Of a stretch of DNA of 63,950 bases, positions 37,128 to 51,095 are shown piece after piece. Numbering within the stretch: position 1 is the first letter of the stretch; every line of letters begins with the position of its first letter. The position numbers and the translations under genes were made by a program. The notes beneath the pieces are model-generated. The model saw only the letters and a program-made list of their open reading frames with translations. It was not told where the DNA came from and ran no database searches. The DNA comes from Octopus bimaculoides (Eukaryota), in the NCBI RefSeq assembly GCF_001194135.2, contig NC_068984.1, positions 110,852,805-110,916,754 on the forward strand, given 5' to 3'.

Positions 37128-37982
37128 ATGTATATATATGGACACATATACATACATACATACATACATTCATATATATATGCATTTATGCATATATATG
37201 TGTGTGTGCATGTATGTATGTATGCACTTGTGTACATGCACACATACACTTGCACACAAAGACACACATACTTTGATAGCATTTATTCTGTTGTACACAT
37301 CTTTACACAAACTGCAATGTACATTGTGACAAAATTTAGTTTTCTGTCTGTACATTCATATGTACACACAGAATAAAGAAACACAGATATGCTGAAGCAC
37401 ATTGGTACACGTAGCCAGAGAGAGAGAGAAGGGGAAGGGAGAAAAAGGGGGGAGGGAAAGAGGGAGAGAAAGAAAGAGATTTATGCAAACATAAAACTTT
37501 TTTTTTATAACTACATTACGACAAGTTGAAAGCATGAATAAAATCAGCAAAGACAAAAAAAAAAAGAACAGCTGACAAATTAAACAAACAAACACAGTTG
37601 TTACATAACTCAGTTTAGCATTTAATACCTTGTTTACAAAGTAAATAAATTAATAAAAGACATGGAGTGATATTGGTAACAGGGGTTAACATGGGCATTC
37701 TCTTGTTTTGGCATGTAAAAGAAACAGAATTTAAACAATTTAATCTTGAGTTGGTTCAGTGCTTAATGCAGTATTAACACTCACCAAACACTGATACATT
37801 GAGCTTTTACACAAAACACTCGTTTATGTTATATCCTTCAAACAGCTCACTTCATGTTAACGTCTGCAAATCTCTTTTATCTGAAGTATAGTATGCTGTC
37901 TTTTATAAAAAGGAACACATTTGATAACACTGTGTAACAAAATTAACTATTTTTTTTTTTTTGTCTTCAGTCTTCAGTGTTA

Positions 37983-39240
37983 TTAGGTTGTTCCAAAAAC
38001 AATGGCCACTCTAAATGTTGTGTTTTGAAACACAGTTTTATCATAGTATTTCAATTATATTTTAGGTGAATTTCAACATACTCAATGCTTGATGTATGCA
38101 CTTCAATAATTTTCTACTTATTTCAGATAGAAAACATTTTTGAAGCATAAGCACCCTTAATTATGAACATGACAAAAAAGGACCTTCGCTTGCTTTTCTT
38201 GCACGAGTTCAAGCTTGGGTACAATGCCTCCCAAACTGCTATCAGAGCATGGGGTGAGGTTTCCACAAGTGATTGCACAGTATGAGAGTGGTTTCAAAAA
38301 TTCTGTAGTGGTGATGAGAGCTTTTAAGATGAAGAAGGTAGAGGACAGTCATGCAGTCTTAACAATGAACAACTTAAAACAATTGTTGAAAAAAACCCAT
38401 GTCAAAGTGTCAGAGAAATGTCTCAGGCACTTGGTATTGCAATGGTCTCATGTAATCTGCAGAAGATTGGTAAGGTGAAAAAGCTCGATAAATGGATACC
38501 GCATGAGTTCAAGGAAAATCAAAAAGTTTGGTGTTTTGAAGTGTGCTCGATGCTCTTTCTGTGAAACACCAATGATCCTTTTCTTTTCTTGATCGAATAG
38601 TCACATGTAACAAAAAGTGGATCCTTTATAATAACTGTAAATGATCAGGTCAATGGCTTGATCGTGATGAGTCTCCCAAACATTTCCCAAAGCCAAAGTT
38701 GCATCAGCAAAAGATTATGGTGACTGTCTAATGACTGCAATTGGTGTTGTCTATTACAGCTTTCTAGAAGCCAATCAGAGCAGTACAGCAGAGGTTTACT
38801 ACAATCAACTCGCTGAAATGCATGCTCACCTGCGAAAAATGAGACCTGCATTCTTGAATCAGCATGGCCCAATTCTGCTCTACGATAATGCAAAGCCACA
38901 TGTTGCAAGAATGACACAGCAGAAACTTACAGACTTTACCATATCCTCCATACTCTTCTGATCTTTCCCCCACTGACTACCATTTTTTAAAGCATTTAAA
39001 CATGTTTTTAAGGGATAAACTTTCAGGTCCAAACCAGAGGTAGGATCAGCTTTCAAAGATTTCTTAGCATCAAAGACAATAAGTTTTTATCAACGAAGCA
39101 TAAATAATCTTGTTGATCGATAGCAGAGATGCATAGATGTTCACGGCTCATATTTTGACTTATCAAAACATTTCTATTGTTAATTTTCCCAGAATAAAAT
39201 TATGTTTCTGAAATCGACCATTATTTTCAGAGCAATCTAA
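37983..39240 (+). mobile_element. Full-length (1258 bp) decayed mariner transposon
   Basis: TIRs TTAGGTTGTTCCAAAAACAATGGCC and (reverse complement) TTAGATTGCTCTGAAAATAATGGTC; TA TSD at 37981-37982 and 39241-39242. Confidence 0.95.
38163..39183 (+). pseudogene. Mariner (D,D34D-type) transposase pseudogene
   Basis: MNMTKKDLRLLFLHEFKLG, KWIPHE, IVTCNKKW, KLHQQKIMVTV, LLYDNAKPH, SDLSPTDYHF and GSYFD, with multiple stops and frameshifts. Confidence 0.93.
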
Positions 39241-39915
39241 TATTTCCTTTTTACTTCTATCTAGAAATCAAAGGAAATGACTACTATCCACTTCAAACTT
39301 TGCTTTCATGATCTAGGCATCAATGTTTTGAAACTGGCCTATTTTCCGTTACATTTCAGACAGATTCAGCATTGAGTTGCTGAAGAAAGATTTTCTAGAA
39401 CTTTCTAGAAGTTTCTAGAAGGTTCTGGTAACATAGATGCAAGTATAAATATATTGATCATAAGCTCAACAGTTCAGTTGCCATCTAAATTAAAACTTTC
39501 CTTAAAAATTCCATGTTACTTTACGTACCAAATACTAACTTAAGAATGATGAAGTTATTTTACTAAATTCTTCGTTATTTTCAAAATTAATTAAAACAAA
39601 GGCAACAGAAATAAAGTGAGGAAAGGGATAAGTGTATCTTGCTACTATATCTGCTGCTGTGCAGATATTACTCTAATGGCTGGTATGTGGTGGCCAGGAA
39701 ATTTGTGTTTTTGAATTGGGCATTAAAGGTGCCACAACAATAACATGGCAACAGCTATGACCAACACCAGCAAAAGTGCCACCAACACCACCACCATCTG
39801 TTAATTTATTTTACATTTTTGTTATTTTTTCTGCAGACATTACATTTTTATATATTATATTATTTCATGTATATTTTTTATAATTATTCTTACAGTTGTT
39901 GTTTCTATTGTGGTG

Positions 39916-39965
<50 letters not shown>

Positions 39966-40009
39966 TGTTGTTGTTGTTGTTATTAGCATTATTATTATTA
40001 TTCAGTGAG

Positions 40010-40200
40010 CTTGCAGAATTGCTAGTGTTGCTGCTAAGCATTTTGTCCACCTTTATGTTCTGAGTTCAAATTCTGCTGGGGTTGACTTTGTCTTTTATTT
40101 TCTCAGAGTCAATAAAATAAGTATGAGCCGAACATTAGAGTTGATGTAATAGATTTACTCCTTTCCTGAAATTTCAGCCTTGTGCCTATAGTAGAAAGGA
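40010..40200 (+). mobile_element. SINE family A
   Basis: gtgagcttgcagaattgctag...ctgagttcaaattctgctggggttgactttg. Confidence 0.8.
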
Positions 40201-40204
40201 TTAT

Positions 40205-40737
40205 CATTATTATTGAGAGTAGCATATACTATCAAAGTAACACTGGGGTACAAATATACAAAGTGTAATATATCCATCATGACTACCTGTCTGATAAGGG
40301 TACACCAGGCACAGGTATCACAGCCATATGTGCACGACATGGCAATATCGTTTAAAGATAAGCAGCACATGATTTTGCATTTGGGGCCCAGTTAGAATTT
40401 TCTTCAGGTCGAGTAGCCCACCTGCTCAAAAGGTCCCAGTGTAAGGTTTGTTTAAGGATGAAGAACAAAACACCCAGGTTTTCAGAGGTGAATTATTCAA
40501 ACTCCAGAGAATTGCCATGATGCTCCCCAACTACTTCTGCACATATCGTCAGCCACTAAGGGACATGCCCAACTGGTAAAGGTCAAACAACTGACAAGCA
40601 AATCTTTGGTACTGAGCAGAATATTTGCAATAGTCCATCTTTTATACCAAGACAAAACATATACATGATAACACTTCCAATCAGTTAAGATCAAAAGCCA
40701 TGAGAGTCACTGCCTGGTACTGCTTCAAGGCATTTAA

Positions 40738-40740
<3 letters not shown>
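40205..40740. repeat. Unclassified interspersed repeat bounded by (TTA)n tracts
   Basis: Higher-GC block between (att)n runs with no open frame. Recognised from memory as a recurrent octopus repeat; single copy in this window. Confidence 0.35.
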
Positions 40741-40788
<48 letters not shown>

Positions 40789-41406
40789 TGCAGACACAAC
40801 CACCATGTTTGTTTTCCCACTTCTGTTGTTATTAAGGGGCACAGCAACAGGTGAACAGTGTAAGTTGAATGAGGAAGTTGTTTGTTGCTAAAACTAACAA
40901 ATTCACTAGGAATCAACAGGAAAAGAGAAAAGGAATAACAGGAAAAATGTTTTACTTCAACTTTAAGTGTTTGCATGTGCTTGTATGTGCATGTACGTGA
41001 GTGTATGTGTATGTAAGTGTATGCATGTGTGTGTGCGTGCATGTATGTAGAAATGCATGAGAGTTTGTGTATGTTGTGTGGATGCATGTGTATGTGTTGG
41101 TGCAAGGCTGTGTGTGTGGACATTTGTGTGTGTGTGTGTGTGTGCTTGTGAGCATGTGCATGCATGTCAGTGGGTAGGGATGAAGAGCAATGAGTGAGGG
41201 CAGTGTCATTCACCAGGTACTAAAGAAATATATAAAAAAATCAAAATGTTAAGATAATAATAATAGTAATATTAGTAATGATAACAATAACAATTAATGA
41301 TAATAATAATAATAATAAAGAAAAATAGGAGAAATAACATACACCCCGAATTGCAGATACACATACATGTGCAAAAACACACACACATGTACAGACATAC
41401 ACACAC

Positions 41407-41444
<38 letters not shown>

Positions 41445-41853
41445 ACACACACACTCACACACACATACAAAAATGCAGAAATACCTATTAAACATGTTAA
41501 CAAAGAAAATGCAAAGGTTACTCTACTGGCAAAAACTAAACCACACCCCACCGCCACCACCACCACCACCACACCGNNNNNNNNNNNNNNNNNNNNNNNN
41601 NNNNNNNNNNNNNNNNNNNNNNNNNNNNNNNNNNNNNNNNNNNNNTTGGAAAGTTTCCTCCTTTGCCAGGCATTGATGGAAATTCATTCAACTCTTGATG
41701 AAACGGTACCTAATGAATCACCTTTGCTCACTTACCTACCACCCTCTACAATCCTACATTACACAAATGTACAGGTACATGCACACATGTATGTGTAGAT
41801 TTTTAAATATCATTATACATACATACACACATACATATATATACATACATATA

Positions 41854-41905
<52 letters not shown>

Positions 41906-41916
41906 TACATACGTAC

Positions 41917-42078
41917 CCTTCTGTGTGTTTGGTTTTTTGTTCACATCAATCACCGAATTAGTAGCGGATTTCCTGAAATAAACCGCAGGTCTTGTTTAGC
42001 CGAGGCTGTTTCACCAATATCGACATCTCCATATTCATGGCTCTTGTACTCGTATATCACCATACACTATCACACAAT
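41917..42078 (-). other. Candidate spliced exon (probably non-coding or 5' UTR), CpG-retaining unique sequence
   Basis: Acceptor gtttctgtttttcctaAG, donor AGG|GTACGT; 162 nt; stops in all three frames. Confidence 0.25.
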
Positions 42079-42266
42079 CTTAGGAAAAACAGAAACCTTG
42101 TCCATGAATGTTTGTGAAAACATCCACTATACATCCATTGCTCTCTCTCTCTCTCTCTACTTCTATCCATCAATCTATCTATCTATCTATCTGCATTTCG
42201 GTTAGTTTCCCCCTGTTTGCAAAGATATTTATCTTGTCAATATATTGTTATGCATACATACATACA

Positions 42267-42297
<31 letters not shown>

Positions 42298-42450
42298 GTG
42301 TGTGTGTATGTTTAAATGCATGTTTGTGTATGTGTGTGTGTGTGTATACATATATATACGTAATAACAATTAATGATAATAACAATAATAATAATAATAA
42401 TAATGCTTGGGTATATGTCTTTTTGTGTATATATACATATAAATATATGT

Positions 42451-42526
<76 letters not shown>

Positions 42527-42619
42527 CCAAATAGGTAGCTATAAAGTCTCAAGAAGTGATAGAATAGTAACGTATACTAAAGAGTAAAGTGAGTGATGTG
42601 GCTGCTCGCTTTACTGTTT

Positions 42620-42675
<56 letters not shown>

Positions 42676-42725
42676 CATTATATATATATATGCATGAATG
42701 TATGTATAAACACATGCATGCAAGC

Positions 42726-42758
<33 letters not shown>

Positions 42759-43630
42759 TGCATGCACATATATATAAGAGGTGAGGAGAAGTGCACAATG
42801 TGGCTTATATGTAGGATCTTCTATTGGTTATCTCATTCAAAAGAGCAAACAAAAAGAATGTATGTATGTATGTGCACTGTTTCATGTGCACAAAGACTAT
42901 TGCACATATTGTGGTGCATCATACACTTTTGTGTGTGAGCATACATAGGGAAATGTGTACATATATACATACATATATGCACATACACACATTCATGCAG
43001 GCATGCATCCATACATACATACATACAAACATATACATATCTATATATGTATATATACACATACGTACATATATATGTACATACATATCTATGTAAAGCG
43101 GTTCGTGTATATTGACCATCTTGCCATAAGAGACTTTTTTGGTGTTTAGGTATTAACATGTTTTTTTTTTAAATGTATGTATATATATTTTCCCTTACTA
43201 ATTTTCTTCTTTGCAATACTTTACCTCCATTATTAAAGGTCTCTGGCTATTTTACTAGACCCCCTGGTCAGCATTGGTGAGTTGAACATGTCTTTGAATT
43301 TGTTTTGTAAAAATTCTTTCAACATCCCTTTTCTCTCCCTCCGTCTCTTTTTCTCTCTTTGAATAAATCTTTGCAAAATTGTTGTTTTCAAGGAATCAAG
43401 GAAGGAAAATGACATGGATACATCCTGCTTTTGATATTGGTGATCAAATTAAAATCCAACTTCAGAACATGTTGAGTAGCTAAAGACTACAACTAACCCA
43501 TAATATACACATACATATAAACATACATACATACAAACATATATATATATATATATATTTCGCTTATTTTTCTTCTTACTTTCCCCCTACATTTCCACGT
43601 GTAGTTTCTATTTTGTTTTTGTAACATATT

Positions 43631-43706
<76 letters not shown>

Positions 43707-44071
43707 TATGTATGTTTATATATATATGTGTGCCTATGCGTGTGCAGGTGTACATATATATATATATACATATGTATGTGTATCTTTGTGTATGCAAATA
43801 TAAAAAGCAGATAGATACAAACACCTGTTTTTTAAAAGTGGATTGTGTGTGAGTAGGTGTTGTTCTATTAATTTGCCTTTGGTAAGCAGAATGATTTATG
43901 GAATCGTCAAATAAGCAACTATATGCTATTCTCAAAGATAATGCGATCACATATCACAAGGAATCATTTAAAGGAGAACTAATTTGTACATATCACATAC
44001 ATACATACATACATGCATATACATAATATGAATGTGCACTATGTACATATATATACATATATATGTATATA

Positions 44072-44105
<34 letters not shown>

Positions 44106-44286
44106 TACACATGCACACATATGAATATATATATGCATGCATACATACATACATGCCTACATATATTTGCACATATAGACATATACATATATATGTATGC
44201 ATATACATATATATATATATATATATATATGCATATATATAATATATATGTATATATATAATATATATGTATATATNNNNNNNNNN

Positions 44287-44341
<55 letters not shown>

Positions 44342-44810
44342 GTATATACATATATATACACAAGACATGAGTTCACAAGGAATTGCTAAGGAATAACACT
44401 GATTGATGATGGATGGCACTTGTTTACAACTATCTCAAGATGTCAGGGCAAGGAGTCACAAACACCCTCACACATTGATACACACTACATACAAACATAC
44501 ACATATAATACATGCTGACACAAACACATGCATACTTGCATTCATAGATGTTAACTTACAAACATACAATTTCAGTTTCCGTCAACCAAATCTACTTTTT
44601 ATAATGCTTGCATCAGCCCAGGGCTTTGGTAGAAAACATTACTTGCTCAACCTGCTGTGGAATGGGACTGAATCTGAAACTACATAATTGGGAGACAAAC
44701 TTCTTAACCACACAACTATTCCTGCACCTGTATTAGTAAGAAATTCACTTGTTTTAGCGATTGTTTGCTGAAGAATTTAGGCAGGTGGTAACAATATCTT
44801 TATATAGTAA

Positions 44811-45238
44811 GGTGGTGAGCTGGCAGAAACGTTAGCATGCCAGGCAAAATGCTTAGCGGTGTTTCGTCTGCCGTTATGTTCTGAGTTCAAATTCCGCCGA
44901 GGTTGACTTTGCCTTTCATCCATTTGGGATTGATAAATTAAGTACTAGTTGTGTCCTGGGGTCGATGTAATCGCCTTAGTCCCTTTGTCTGTCCTTGTTT
45001 GTCCCTTCTATATTTAGCCCCTTGTGGGCAATAAAGAAATAAGAAACGTTAGCACGCCAGGTGAAATGCTTAGCGGTATTTCATGTCTTTAGGTTCTAAG
45101 TTCAAATTCTGCCGAGATCGACTTTACCTTCCATCCTTTAGGAATCGATAAATTAAATACCAGTAGTGTACTTGGGTCGAACTAATCGACTGGTTCCCTC
45201 CCCCCAAATTTTGGGTATTGTGCCCAAAGTAGAAAAGG
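44811..45238 (+). mobile_element. Two head-to-tail SINE family A copies
   Basis: First copy 44811-45045; the second starts at agaaacgttagcacgcc (~45043) and has a different 3' tail. Confidence 0.88.
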
Positions 45239-46070
45239 TTATATTCATCACTGACATCATTATCATCATCACCACCATCATCGTCATCATCATTGTTGTC
45301 GTCATCATCATCATCATCATCTTCATCATCATAATTTAACACTCATTCTCCATGTCAACATGGTTTTTGACTGTTTAACAGGAGCTGGTTAACCAGAGGA
45401 CTCTTCCAAGCTCCATTGTCCCTAATTTAGCATGTTTTCCTTGATTGGATGCCTTTTCTAATACTGAGAGAGAGAGATAGATAGATAGATAGCTATAAAT
45501 GTAGATAGATAGATGCATACATGTATGTATATAGCTGTAAATGTATATATATATATGTATGCATGTATGAATGTATATGTGTATATATAAATGTAAATAT
45601 ATATACATATTTGCATATTTATACACACACACACACATATATACACAAACACACACACACACATACACACTCATTGAGACACATGCGATTTATACAAAAT
45701 ATACATACAATGGTACATAGACATGAATCTTGTCACACATCTTCCACTTAATGCTAGCCTACAATAATAGTTAACAACAGAGTTAGATGGAAATCGGCAA
45801 GTTAGGTAGAAGTTAACAAAGAAAATCAAAAAGGTAAAACAAAAGAGAAACAAGAATATATTATACAAACACAACTGTAAAAGAAATAAAATAAAATATA
45901 GATGACAGTGGCAGGGGCAAAAGCACTAATCTGGCTCCCTACATTCATAAAAGAAATTTTGAATGTGAGTAGAAAAATAAGAAAGAAACATATACATATA
46001 TACATATATATTATCACTATTACAATTATTATTAACATCATCATCATCATAAATTTTATTATTACTTATA

Positions 46071-46127
<57 letters not shown>

Positions 46128-46137
46128 NNNNNNNNNN

Positions 46138-46168
<31 letters not shown>

Positions 46169-46286
46169 GTATGTGTGCGTGTATGTGTCTCTGTATACAT
46201 TTATACATGTATATATGATATATGCATGTATATGTGCACATATATATAAGCATGTATATATATTTATAAATATAGTTAGAAAACTA

Positions 46287-46323
<37 letters not shown>

Positions 46324-47000
46324 CATGAGTTTGTATGTACGTATGTACATTATATATACATACACATATACACATATACATATATATATATGCACGCATA
46401 CATACATATATGCATGCATGCATATATATGTACATACATGCATACATCCGTCCATACATACATGCATATATATTTAATATAGAATAAATGAAAGTGGTAT
46501 TTATTTTACAGTGAAACACTGAAAATAAATTTTACTTGCTGTAAAATTGTTGTAATTTTTTTCTTCTATAAATAAACTTTCATTTATTTCCCCAAAAAAT
46601 TTTTGCAAGGGCTGTATTCTTTATTTGCAGTTTTGAAAGAATTAATTTTCTTTTTTTTTTTTAAAGTTAGTTCTTTGGTTCTTGCAATTTTCTTTTTTTT
46701 TTTTTTGTCATTTTCTTTCATTTCAACTAACATGAACAATAAGAAGAAAAATAATTTGGAATAATTTGTATAATTAGAGAGTACATAGTCACACACACAG
46801 AGAGTGAAACACATCCAAATACATTTGTAGGCACATACAATAACTAATAGATATTCAGAAAAATGATGCACACATTGTACATAACTGTAAAACAATGGAG
46901 CAACTGTCACTCATTTCTTTTCATCTCTATATATCTATAAATAACTCTATCTATTTATCTATCTATCTATATCTCTCTATATATATACAAATATATGGTA

Positions 47001-47119
<119 letters not shown>

Positions 47120-47122
47120 TTA

Positions 47123-47500
47123 TAGGTGTTGCTGTGGGTTAAGGAGCTTGCTTCCCAACCACATGGTTCCAAGTTCAGTTCCACTGCATGGCACCTCAGT
47201 CAAGTGACTTCTACTATAATCTTGTGTTGACTAAAACCTTATGAGTGGATTTGGTAGATGGTAACTGAAAGAAGTCCATCGTATATATATATATATGTAT
47301 ATATATTGTCTGCGTTTGTTTCTCCCCCATCGCTTGACAACCGATGTTGGTGTGTTTACATACCTGTAACTTAGTGGTTTAACAAAAGAGACCAATAGAA
47401 TAAGTACTATGCTTACAAAGAATAAGTCTTGAGGTCGATTTGCTCGACTAAATGTGGTGCTCCAGCATGGCCACAGTCAAATGACTGAAACAAATAAAGG
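47123..47500 (+). mobile_element. SINE family B with internal (TA)n
   Basis: gctgtgggttaaggagcttgcttcccaaccacatggttccaagttcagttcc...ggtgctccagcatggccacagtcaaatgactgaaac. Confidence 0.88.
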
Positions 47501-47614
47501 AAAAAAGAATGAAGGAATATATATCCATATCTATATATCTATATCTATATATCTATATATACACAAGACACACATTCACACACACACACACACACACACA
47601 CATAGGTGTAGGCA

Positions 47615-47830
47615 TATGGCTGAGTGGTTAGGAAATTTGGCTCATGATCGTAAGGTCATGAGTTCAATTCCTGGTGTCACATTGTGTCCTTGACCAAGAC
47701 ACTTAATTTCTTATTGCTCCAGTCCATTTAGCTGGCAAATCGATTTGTACCTATAATTCGATGGGGGCTGACCTTGTCATTTTCTACATCATACTGCTGA
47801 ATCTCACTGACAACTATGTTATGTGTATGC
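47615..47830 (+). mobile_element. tRNA-derived SINE, C/D hybrid-like variant
   Basis: tggctgagtggttagg (A box), gagttcaattcc (B box), ccttgaccaagacactt, then ttgtacctataattc (C-type module). Confidence 0.65.
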
Positions 47831-48479
47831 ATGGTAATTTCAGAAGCAGACTCTTTGGTTGATCAAGACAACTGGAACATTTGGGAACATAACCGACAAA
47901 GAGCCAGCTCATATATGTCTAAATACTTACATATATATATATACACACAATCATTTAGTGAACCTCAAAAATATATATATAATGTATCTGTCAATCAATT
48001 GTCATCATCTCCATATGTCTATCTGTCATCTATCTATCTGTCATCTATCTATCTAACTATCCATCTATATTTATATCTATATTGTGTAGGTAGGTAGGGT
48101 AAATCCTAGCTGTTTCCTCTTGACGCACACCTGCTTATTACTTTGCTACAATCCAACATGTAATCTCAGTTGCTACATACTGGATTGTAATAATAGTCTC
48201 AGTTGCCAGCCATACTGCTCTTGATCACTAACTAAATATAAACACTTCATTCAATTGTAATATTTGTGTAACTTAATTTCTTTCTCTGAAGAATTGCTAT
48301 TAAGAATTTCCTTATTTGTCTATTTAACATGTAAAACTTCGTAATTCCTATTAGCAAATGAAACCATGAACTATGTGTAATGGTGAATAAATACTACAAA
48401 AAAAATTACCAATTTCCTGCTCTGTTATGTATACACACACACACACACAACTTAGATATGTTTTGATCACAGATTGGTC

Positions 48480-48665
48480 CAGGCCATGTCTAACTTAATG
48501 GCACCACCTGATAGGATTTGATAAATCCTTTTTATGTCAAGTTTTGTGGTATCATGGTCCATTTGAGTTGGGGATTCTTGTTGAGTGAGTTGTATCCGGG
48601 TATAGGTGGCATATCTGGTATCCCTTCAAGAAATTTGTCCAGATTCCATTTAAAGGTGATAGGAT
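48480..48665 (-). mobile_element. CR1/L2-type LINE ORF2 extreme C-terminus
   Basis: Minus peptide TFKWNLDKFLEGIPDMPPIPGYNSLNKN resembles the FKxxLDKFLxxIPDxPxxPGY terminus. Confidence 0.65.
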
Positions 48666-48689
48666 AAGGTGTCACATAAAAAGCATTGG

Positions 48690-48912
48690 TGTGGGTGCTG
48701 GTGCCATGTAAAATGCACTGGTGATGGTGACACATAGAAAGCACCCGGTGTGCTCTGTAAAGTGGTTGGCATTAGAAAGGGCATCCAGCTGTAGAAACCA
48801 AGCCAAAACAAACTATGGAATCTGGTGCAGCCCCTGGCCTTGCAACTTCCTATCAAGTCATCCAACCCATAGTGGCATGGTAAACAGACATTAAATGTTG
48901 ATGATGATGATA
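48690..48912 (+). mobile_element. (GAT)n-tailed RTE-type 3' end
   Basis: ggcattagaaagggcatccagctgtagaaacc...catccaaccc...gacattaaatgttgatgatgatgat. Confidence 0.65.
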
Positions 48913-48939
48913 ATGGATGGATGTGTGTATATGCGTGTG

Positions 48940-49325
48940 TGTGGCTGTGTGGTAAGTAGCTTGCTTACCAACCACATGGTTCTGGGTTCAGTCCCACAGT
49001 GTGCCACCTTGTCTTCTACTATAGCCTCGGGCCGACCAAAGCCTTGTGAGTGGATTTGATAGACTGAAACTGAAAGAAGCCCGTCGTATATATATATGTA
49101 TATGTATGTTTGTGTATATGTTTGTGTCTGTGTTTGTCCCCCCAACATCGCTTGACAACTGATGCTGGTGCGTTTACGTCCCCGTAACTTAGCGGTTCGG
49201 CAAAAGACACCGATAGAATAAGTACTAGGCTTCCAAGGAATAAGTCCTGGGGTCAATTTGGTTGACTAAAAGCGGTGCTCCAGCATGGCTGCAGTCAAAT
49301 GACTGAAACAAGTAAAAGAGTAAAA
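48940..49325 (+). mobile_element. SINE family B, near full length and CpG-rich (young)
   Basis: ggctgtgtggtaagtagcttgcttaccaaccacatggttctgggttcagtcccac...gcggtgctccagcatggctgcagtcaaatgactgaaac. Confidence 0.92.
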
Positions 49326-49574
49326 GAATATATATATATATATATATATATGGATGGAGGGATGGATGTATATATACATACTTATATATATATGTTTGTA
49401 TATGTAAATGTATATGTATGCCTGTATGTATATATATGTGTGTATGTATGCGTGCATGTGTGTATATGTATGTATGTATGCAAATCTTGCTGTCTTGGTG
49501 TGTGTGTACCAAGCTATAAGGCAAATGAACTGCCATCATTAAGTGATGTTGGTGTTATTGCAGTTGGATGCCAT

Positions 49575-49915
49575 CTGTCTACCAAATCTACTCACAATGT
49601 TTTGGTCAGCCCAAGGCTATAGCAGAAGACACTTGCCTAAGGTACCACACTGTAGGACAGTACCTGAAACCATGTGGTTGGGAAGCAAATTTCTTACCAC
49701 ACAGCCGTGAATTTAAAAAAAAATAGAATGTGTTCTTTTATTTGTTTCAGTCATTTGACTGCAGCCATGCTGGAGCACCACCTTGAATGGTTTTAGTCGA
49801 ACAAATCAATCCCAAGACTTATTTTTTAAGCTTTGTATTTATTTTATTGGACCATTTTGCTGAACTGCTAGGTTACAGGGACATAAACACAATGATTGTC
49901 AAGCAGTGGTAGGGG
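49575..49915 (-). mobile_element. Two partial SINE family B pieces (5' half, then 3' half)
   Basis: Both are reverse complements of parts of 48940-49325. Confidence 0.8.
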
Positions 49916-50036
49916 ACATACAGACACATAGAGACACACACTCACACACAAACATATTATATATATATATATGTATATATAGATGTATAAGTCAGTAAAT
50001 GGTGGGGTTGTGTTAACCGCACGTGGAGAAATAATT

Positions 50037-50721
50037 GGAAAATAAAAAATAATAATAATAAGGAAGAATGCTAAACTGAAAGCATATTTTAGTATAGATG
50101 TGTATAAGTAGGATTAAAAAGGATTTCTAACCGGCTTTCATTGCATGGCAAATTTTTAAGAAGAGGGAAAATGAAAATAATGTTTTTACAAAAATATAAA
50201 AAATATATGAAAAAATAAATATACCAAAACATTATATTGTCTTTGAGTTTTTAAAGTTCAATGGTAATCCATGTAGATAATTGTTTGATAGATTAGCACG
50301 CATGGAATTAAGAATGGAGTTGTGTTTACAAAAGGCTGAGAGTTTGTGTTAAACAGGAAGTGTGGTGTCAAAACAGGAAGTCTGTGTAAGGGAAGACAAT
50401 TCTGTGGGTTTTATACTCTTTAGTTGGAGTTCTGGACTCTTTGTCAACAGGAAGTTAATTGCATGCATCCTAATCTATCAAACAATTATCTACATGGATT
50501 ACCATTGAACTTTAAAAATTCAAAGACAATATAAGGTATTGGTATATTTATTTTTTTATATATTTTTGTAAAAAACATTATTTTCATTTACCCACTTCTT
50601 GAAAATTTGCCATGCAATGAAAGCCGGGTAGAAACCCTTTTTAATCCTCCTTATACACATCTATATTAAAATATGTTTTCAGTTTAGCATTCTGCCTTAT
50701 CATTATTATTTTTTATTTTCC
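50037..50721. repeat. Long foldback: ~270-bp inverted arms around a ~145-bp spacer
   Basis: 50037-50311 is the reverse complement of 50455-50721 (e.g. ttcaatggtaatccatgtagataattgtttgatagattag / ctaatctatcaaacaattatctacatggattaccattgaa). Confidence 0.95.
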
Positions 50722-50942
50722 TATAGATGTATATATGTATATATATNNNNNNNNNNNNNNNNNNNNNNNNNNNNNNNNNNNNNNNNNNNNNNNNNNNNNN
50801 NNNNNNNNNNNNNNNNNNNNNNNNNNNNNNNNNNNNNNNNNNNNNNNNNNNNNNNNNNNNNNNNNNNNNNNNNNNNNNNNNNNNNNNNNNNNNNNNNNNN
50901 NNNNNNNNTATATATATATATATATATGTATGTATACATATG

Positions 50943-51095
50943 ATAGGCTTCTTTCAATTTCTGTCTACCAAATCCACTCACAAGGTTTTGGTCAGCCCAA
51001 GGCTATAGCAGAAGTCACTTGCCTAAGACACCACGCAGTGGGAACAGAACCTGGAACCATGTGGTTGGGAAACACATTTCTTACCACACAGCCAC
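50943..51095 (-). mobile_element. SINE family B 5' part
   Basis: ttctttcaatttctgtctaccaaatccactcacaagg...cttaccacacagcc. Confidence 0.82.
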
